The notes under the pieces are model-generated. The model worked only from the letters and a program-made list of their open reading frames with translations. It was not told where the DNA came from and searched no databases. Both the position numbers and the translations under genes were made by a program. A stretch of DNA of 64,000 nucleotides from NCBI RefSeq assembly GCF_009914755.1, contig NC_060925.1; one strand, given 5' to 3'. Every line of letters starts with the position of its first letter. Position 1 is the first letter of the stretch. Source of the stretch: the human T2T-CHM13v2.0 reference genome, Homo sapiens. Positions 56,936-64,000 of the stretch are shown one piece after another.

Positions 56936-57971
56936 AAAAGATGGTCACAACACAAATTTAATAAGAAACTCTCATATCAAATTGCTGCAGTTCCTGCCAT
57001 ATCTTTTCTAGTTGCTGGGCAAAGATGCTCTCCTCAATTGTAATTGGTGTGCTCTTAAACCCACTTAAAATTCTAAGAGCTTCTCCCCAGACCACTCCAA
57101 AACATTCTTGTGAGAATCTTTCCAGTGAGGTACAGCAAGGCCCAACCTCCAGGGCACATTATGCTCTGGCTCATTTATTTGATACAATCATAATCATAGT
57201 GGGTTTTTTTCTCAAACTTTGAAATCTTCAAAATGAGGGCATGGAGCAAATGACTACATTCTGCTTCTCTTGCTAAGATTTCAATGGTGATGCTCTCATT
57301 TTAAGTTCTTTACCAGACGCTTCAGCTGTGCTATGCCCAATTCCCCTCATCAAGATTTGCTGACAGTCAGGGGAAGTTTCTAACACTGTATTAAGTGTAT
57401 ACTGAGGGCCAGGGAATTGGGGGGAGTTTGAGGGGCTGCACACATGTGCAATTTTTTAGCAAACCCAGCAGATGCTTGTAGATTCAACACTTTTTCAGTT
57501 ATTTGTGAACAACCCCTAATAGCCACACCACATGGCAATTTGTCTTTTCTCTGGAGCACAAATGTGAACTGTATGTTGCAAAGCCACAGCAAAGAACAAG
57601 TCACTTAGCTAGAGAGGGAGTCTTCTCAAAGACCCAGTAACCCCATCCCAAGATGCCACCAGGGAAACAGAAACTCTCTGGAGGTGAAAGAAACTTAATT
57701 TCCTTGAGTGCAAATTGAAAAGGCAAATAATTGGTAGCCTGTGAATAGTCATAGGAACCTCTTCACTCTGGAATGGAACCTGATTCAGGAGGAAGTCAAG
57801 AGCCTATGCAAATATTTCTGCATTTGCAAACTTGGGGATTTGCCAAGGGCTTGAGATGTATCCACTGAAAATGTCAAGCGTCTACTGTGTAGAATTTTGA
57901 TGGAGGAGGATTTCAAAATTCTTCTTCTATTTAAATCCAATCAATTCATGTTTATCAGGGCATCTCTGATC

Positions 57972-58263
57972 TTTTTGTTTTTAAGAGACATATTTGCTCT
58001 ATTGTCCAGGCTGGAGTACAGTGATGTGATCATAGCCCATGGCAGGCTCAAACTCCTGGACTCAAGAGATCCTCCCGCCTCTGTCTCCTGAGTAGTTAGA
58101 ATTACAGGTGTGAGCCACCATGTCCATAATTTTATTTTTATTTTTTTTAAGACAGGGTCTTGCTATGTCGCCCAGGCTGATCTCAAACTCCTGGGCTCAA
58201 GTGATCCTCCTGTGTCAGCCTCCTGAGCAGCTGGCATTACAGGCATGAGCCACTGTATCCAGC
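57972..58263 (-). mobile_element. AluJ (Jo/Jr-like)
   Basis: GATCATAGCCCA and CTCAAACTCCTGG in both arms; TSD CTCTGATCTT on both sides. Confidence 0.92.
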
Positions 58264-61200
58264 TCCTCTGATCTTAAGATAGTTTCAACATCTAATGCTA
58301 AGCCTGGAAGTCCAATGAAAGACTCAATAGACTAAAATTGGTGACTGAGATTCGGAGGAGCATATCGTGTGTTTATAACACTGCTTTTATTTTTTCCATA
58401 TCTTTCTACTATTTGTTTATTAGCTTTTCTTTGGATCTCAGTTATTCATACATAACACATGTTTAAAAAGTTGATCCTAAACCCCAATTCAAGGGTCCAC
58501 CGATGCTCAGAGATCTCAAGATTTCTGAGACTAGCTTCCCTATACTTCTCCCTGGCTTTGCTCCCCAAATCTGAAAGGCATTTTCAGATCACCCCTACTT
58601 CATATTTAGATATAAAGCTTCCCCCTTTATCCACAAGAATTCCAGCTGCACCTGGCATTTCAAAAACACTTAGTAATGAGGAGGGGAGACCCATCAGTCA
58701 TGTACTCACCACTTCCATTGTTGTCCTGCCTCCCAAGCACATATTTCCAACTGTGAAACCTCCCAACAGGGCAGTCCTCTGGATAGTGTGGTTCAGTCAC
58801 TTCCCACCACCATGCCTCACCTCCTCTGCCTTCCAAGCCCTCTGGGACTTCAGGGAATACCTTTTCTCCATCATATTACAATTAGATACAGGGAACCTTT
58901 GGAGAGTTCTGAGTATTTGTGATTATATTCAATAACCTGTTACTGACAGTTTCTTTTAGTTAAAGAATTTTTTCAAGTAAGTTACCAAAACAATGAATGT
59001 ATGTACATCTAGAAACTGAGAAATACTCTTCCATGACTTTTAGTTAGGTCCTCACGTTTTCCACATATGTATTGAATTTTTAAAATACTATTTTAAAAGG
59101 GTCTACATTTATTTTCCTCTACTTTTGTTTTTCCTCTTGCCTTTGTTTTGGAGCAAATTTTAACTGAACACATTGTCAGAGGGTCAGGCCAAGTTTGGCA
59201 CTGCTCGTGTATCTCAGCCACCTTCCAGTTTTCAGCACGATGTCTGAACTGAAAAAACACCATTGCTTACCATAAGGGTGTGGCCATGACAGCTTGAACA
59301 ACATCCGGGTAGTGGTAAGTCTACATTTGCTACACAGATGTAAGAAACAGATAGCAGTAGGGTCTACCTCTCCTGCTCCATCTTTTCCATCACCAGGTCT
59401 CTTCCAACTCCAGAATTAAAGTCATCAAGTTGGAACAACTCTAAGTGTGTTTCCTGATCATAACAAGACAGGTTGAGGTTCATGAATATTTTCTTTAGTA
59501 TTAAATGTTAGAACATAACCACTAATAATAACAGTAGCATAGTAGTTCCCTGATAAATTTTGACAAAAGATCATAAAGTTCTCAATTTCAACAGCAGGGC
59601 TTTATAGTTGTAATATAATTTTGACCAGTAAGCCACCGGCTATCCAGAAACCTCACAGGTGCCATTATCATGGATAGTTGCAGTTTTTTCTCTAAGAATC
59701 ATGCAAAAAAAAAAAATCTTTTGGGGATACTTCAGAACTCTGTCTTTTTAAATTGGATGAACAAAATATAATTTTAACTTCTATGGATACATGTGGGTCA
59801 TTGTGAGCATCAGTTACTATGTTATAAAACAGAGTACCAAAGATCCATCAAAATACATAAAATTTCACTGAATTGCTTACATTAAATGCTCATATCAGCT
59901 TTAGAATTCCATGCCTTGAATTCTTGTGCCTTTTAAATTTTTTTTTAGTTTTTCTGTTTTTTACTCTTACTTCTTACTGATACTTGATAAAAGAGCTTTA
60001 ATAATCCTTGCACAGTACAGTATCAGTTGCTTCCAATTTGCTAGGTGCATTTGACAAACTAATAACCAAGCCTCTTAAAACTTGAAGTAAATGCAGAGGC
60101 CTGAAAGAGGGTATAAAATTTCCTCCAATGATCAAAATTCATAAACTGTAGCTCATGGACTTATGACCTTTCTCTTGATTTGCCATCTAGGTCCCAACTG
60201 GATAAGTGAAATTATGTAAATGTGAGTTCCAGATTGTTGTGGTATTATCCTAATACCTATCAACTACATAGCATGTTACTAAACGTATCTCATTTTTCTT
60301 CTCAAGATAGTTCAGTGGTCTTGGTAAGGTTATGATGGTTACACCTACTTTACAGATAAGGAAGAAAATTGGTCACGGGCTTTGGCCAAGTCTGACCCAG
60401 AATGCTAGTGCTGCCTGTTGATACAGCCAGTGTTTTCCAGCCCTGCCCGCCTAGTGCATCTGCAGATTTGTAAATACACTTTGACTCCACAGGAAACAGG
60501 ATGGAGAACAGCATGTCAGGGACTCCTTGATGGGCAGGATGGAGGGCAAAAAAGAGCCTTAAAGACATTAGGGAATTCACAGAGTAGGGAGTGAGAGACA
60601 AGTTAAATGCTATCCAGTTGTCACACAGCTTTCTTAATGTTATCTTTCATCAAATCATGTCCTAGAACCTGCCAGGACTTCAGACTAAATGCATCTTCTT
60701 CTTGCCTGTACCTTTCACACACTAAATGTCTCAACAGCTCACTTGGCAAGGACCCAAAGGCAGCACACACTTCTCCACTCCAAGGAGGGTGGCTGCCACT
60801 AAACACAATGGGCGGAGACAGCTCAACAATAGTGCCAGTTGAGCACATCTTGATCCACTGCCACAGAGTTCACAGTAGTAGTTGGCCCTCAAAGCAAACC
60901 CACTGGGGTGTTGAGGGCAAAAAAACAATCTTAGCCTTAAGGGGCCAGACTTTGCCATCAAATTAACAAATCTGCCCAACAGCCCCAGGCTGAGGCGCTC
61001 AGGGGTGTGACAGGAGGGCCCCTGTTAACAATTCTGTATCCTGTGGGTGCCTTAACTAGATGGAGTGGAGAGGAAGCAGAGAGCTAAGTGTCACACCACC
61101 CTCTCCTCCTGCCTGCAGGTGTCTTAGTTGGACAGCTGTCCACCTTCCTTGCAAAAAACTCCCACAATCTTTAAATGCAACTATGTAAAGGGCCTCCAGC

Positions 61201-62489
61201 CTCTGCAAGCCATCACAACTTTAAAGAGCATATGTCAAACAGCTCAGACGGCATCTGAGGTCTATTCTTCAGCCCCACAGTATAGCCCAACCCCAGAGCA
61301 CAAGTGACACCCTAGTGGACAGGAACTCCTCCCTACACTGGCTGCTCAGCAGGACCATGAAGAACAGCTGGGACCTGGCCTATTACCTTGGCTTCAGGAT
61401 TCATTTTCTGCCTGGAATTGGGAAACTGGAGGCCCTGCAGGGGTCCTTCTCCTGGGTCCAACTGTCTCCAGGGTGCAAGAGGGGTGAAATTACCAAATGA
61501 AAGTTCAGATAAGCAATTACTGGCTGAAAGAGACACAGGAGGGTCTTCAGATCAACACTGACCCAGAGCTAATACCACACTGTCCTCAGAGGGACACACG
61601 ATCACTGACCTGTATTCTTCACATTTAAGTTGCTAGAATTATTCCTCCTTGCCCCCACTCTCTCCCTGCCCCCAGCATACACATAATTACATAAAGACGT
61701 CTTAAACAACTGTAGCACCCAACTTCTTCAGTCTGGGGGAGAGCCAGGAGATGGTGGGGAGCTGTTTGGGCACACGTCTGATCATTACATAATCACACAA
61801 ACATGGGCTGGAGAACACTGCCATGCAGATCAGTTCAGCAAACACCTCATTCTCCCTCTTTCCTCTTCCCTCCCCCCGTAACACCCAAAATGCACACCAG
61901 AGTTAACAAAACCGAAGCACTCCAGGTAGCCAGTGGGCACCTGGCTGCTGTGGTTACAATGCCAAGGGCTACCAGAAACGTCAGCGTATACCAGAAAGAG
62001 GGCCAGGGTGCTGCTCACCCAGCGACCAGATCTGCAGACCCTCTTCCTGCAACCACTGCCCCCGAAGTTCAAGGAAGGGCCTAGCCACAGAAATATTCCT
62101 GACCTGCAACAGAAACCAAACCAGCTACGTTAAAGGAAACCAATGCCGAGCCTCCAAGTTCCTCTGCACCACTGCCACACTCAGGAGTCCTCAGCAGCCT
62201 GGACAATATCATTAGGGACCATTCGGCACCATCAGTGTTTCCATTTAAAAGATAGTAAAATGTGGGGCATAACTTGGAGGGGACACTCTCTCTGCTAGCA
62301 GGGAGGCAAGAATCCCCTATAGAATAGGAGTTTGGTTTGGGTTTGGTTGGGTCAGGTTGGGGGTTGGGAAATGATTTTGCTTTAGGAATATTTTCAGGGG
62401 GCTAGGATTAAGGGGGAAAAAGAAAGCTATCCCCTCTGTCTCAGCAGCCAGCATCATACGAATCTCACTCTCAACCAAGCAGGCTACTG

Positions 62490-62960
62490 CAGTCCGCCTA
62501 AACAATCCGGAGCAGCAGCCAAGGCAGCACAAGAAAACGCCGGTGCCACGGAACGCGATGCCTAAGCCCCCCAGCCGAGGCTCCTATGGAGCCGGCCGCC
62601 AGTGCGCGGGTGCAGAGCCCAGCAGAGCCTGCTGCAAGCAGCGCTGGAGCGCACGGCGCGCATAGGGTTACAGCCCCGCCGCCGCCGCCGCCGCCGCCGC
62701 CTGTGATTGACGCGCGGGGGTCACTTGAGGCTCGCGCCGCTCCCCAGCACCAGGCCGAGCAGCGCGCTCAGCCCACCGGGGGCACTGGCCGCCACGCGCA
62801 GCCCACCCGGCCGGCCCCTGCGTCTCGGCAGCCGGACACCTTGCCTAAGAAAGGCATACACAAAATGGAATCGCAGCTCGCTATTCTGCTTCGCGGTGCG
62901 GCCTCAGGCAAAAACACAATCACAAGGTAAAATACAGCGCAAGGAATCCATCCGCCGAAT
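62490..62960. promoter_or_regulatory. CpG island
   Basis: Abrupt rise in GC and CpG (gcgcgg, gcgcacggcgcg, cgcgccgc, tcgcggtgcgg) against a CpG-depleted background; the only such region in the window. Confidence 0.9.
62676..62701. repeat. (CCG)8 trinucleotide repeat, GGC on the minus strand
   Basis: Eight uninterrupted CCG units plus CC, counted directly. Confidence 0.98.
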
Positions 62961-62980
62961 AAAAACCCAGAGTCCCCTAC

Positions 62981-63490
62981 CTTCGGCCTTGGGATGGCAA
63001 ACTGGTCCTGTGTTCTCTGACCCACGGATCCAGCCCCTTCTTCATGAATTATTCCGGCCAGGCAGGATTTTGTGCATTTTTTTCATGAACACCTGTTTCA
63101 AGTAAGGGGTAAAGACCTTATTGAAAGAATTGTCCTTAAAAAATAACCTGTGCATACGTATGTCCATCCAGGCATGCATGCGTGTTTGTATACACACATA
63201 TGCACACGGAATAGCCATGTACATTGAAGCACCAAACTAGGCAGCTGGATAATGGGAGAGTCGGCTGGTTGTGAGCATGCTCGCGCCGGGAACAGATCCA
63301 CCCTCTGTTATTCCTCTGAATAAATATAAATCACGATCAGAAACCCAAACAGAAGCATCCCTCTTGAATTCGTGCTGCTGAAAAACACGGAATAAATTCA
63401 GCCTGCAGACACAGAATCTAATCAGCAGCTGTTTTCTGAATCCAGAGCCAACCCATGCCTCGCTTGTCTTTTCCACTAGGAGTCCAGACC
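62981..63490 (-). other. HIVEP3: Probable non-coding first exon (5' UTR) of a minus-strand gene, tentatively HIVEP3
   Basis: Seen: repeat-free sequence beside a CpG island, ending in a good minus-strand donor CCGAAG|GTAGGG (GT at 62980-62979), with TATA-like TTTAAAAG at 63519-63512 upstream. The gene name rests only on my memory of the 5' UTR (...GGACCAGTTTGCCATCCCAAGGCCGAAG). The TSS is estimated. BLAT against the human genome is needed. Confidence 0.55.
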
Positions 63491-63800
63491 TTTTTTGAAA
63501 GGGGGTTTAACCTTTTAAAGACACAGTACACCAATTATCACTTCGGAATAGCTGTCACTCCCAGCGCAGGAAGCCAGTCCCATGCCTAAAGGCACAGTAG
63601 GCTTGCACACAGTGATAAGGATTTCATTTATTGGTGCTTTTTAAAAAACAACATATATGTATAATATATGTGCATATATATGCACATATATATGCACACA
63701 TATTATATATATATACGTGGAGAGAAAAAATGCAAATGCAAGTCATAAATATTTATTGCACTGATGAGCTTCTCAGTACTAATTGGCACGTTATGTAAAC
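63491..63800 (-). promoter_or_regulatory. Candidate proximal promoter
   Basis: TATA-like TTTAAAAG (63519-63512, minus), CCAAT (63634-63630, minus), octamer ATGCAAAT (63730-63737), homeodomain-type GTCATAAA and TAATTGG. Motif matches only. Confidence 0.45.
63650..63716. repeat. (TA)n/(TGCACATATA) low-complexity repeat
   Basis: Directly visible. Confidence 0.85.
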
Positions 63801-64000
63801 ACTATGATCCTTCACTTCTGAACACCCATGTTCACGGGTCAGACGAGACAGGGCACTCTTGTCAGCAAGCGTGTCACACCTCACCAGCCTCTGGCTGCAG
63901 ATCAGGGGCCGGGGAGCCTCAACAGTGCCTGAAGGGAGTGGGGTCTCTGCACCTGAGAGCTCAACACGGGCACTCCTTGCCCTGCCCTGCCTTGCTCTGC

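Noticed and set aside
62770-62790. CTCF-like CCCACCGGGGGCACTG; also weak matches near 599 and 23169
   Set aside because: Several mismatches at core positions; not supportable without PWM scoring or ChIP data.
62586-63105. 114-aa poly-Pro ORF and 132-aa ORF in the CpG island
   Set aside because: Poly-Pro is just the CCG repeat; GC-rich islands commonly give such ORFs; no protein recognised.

Overview
This is primate (very probably human) non-coding genomic DNA, not microbial. Roughly half of it (visual estimate) is interspersed repeat: about 12 Alus (J, S and Y lineages, many with target-site duplications), L1 fragments from young L1PA/L1HS-like to ancient L1M, many MIR and L2 remnants, solo LTRs (MER57, MER31-like, MaLR, LTR16-like), hAT DNA transposons (MER102, MER58, MER3, MER20, Zaphod-like) and simple repeats. 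I find no credible protein-coding exon, RNA gene or CRISPR array; the long ORFs in the track are repeat or low-complexity artefacts. The one gene-like structure is at the right end: a CpG island (about 62490-62960) holding (CCG)8, next to what reads as a minus-strand non-coding first exon of about 0.5 kb (about 63490 to 62981, donor AAG|GTAGGG) with TATA-like, CCAAT and octamer motifs upstream. From memory this exon resembles the HIVEP3 5' UTR (unverified). If so, the other 63 kb is the start of a long first intron transcribed right to left. The best leads are: a candidate cryptic exon directly followed by about 600 nt of UG-rich pre-mRNA (TDP-43-type architecture); an AUG-dense first exon with an AUGA stop/start overlap; a young L1 junction with twin-priming geometry; a triple AP-1 cluster in an L2-like tail; and a CCG/GGC repeat in the island. 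I cannot support a claim of a new biological system. Repeat names come from recalled consensus sequences and boundaries are approximate.
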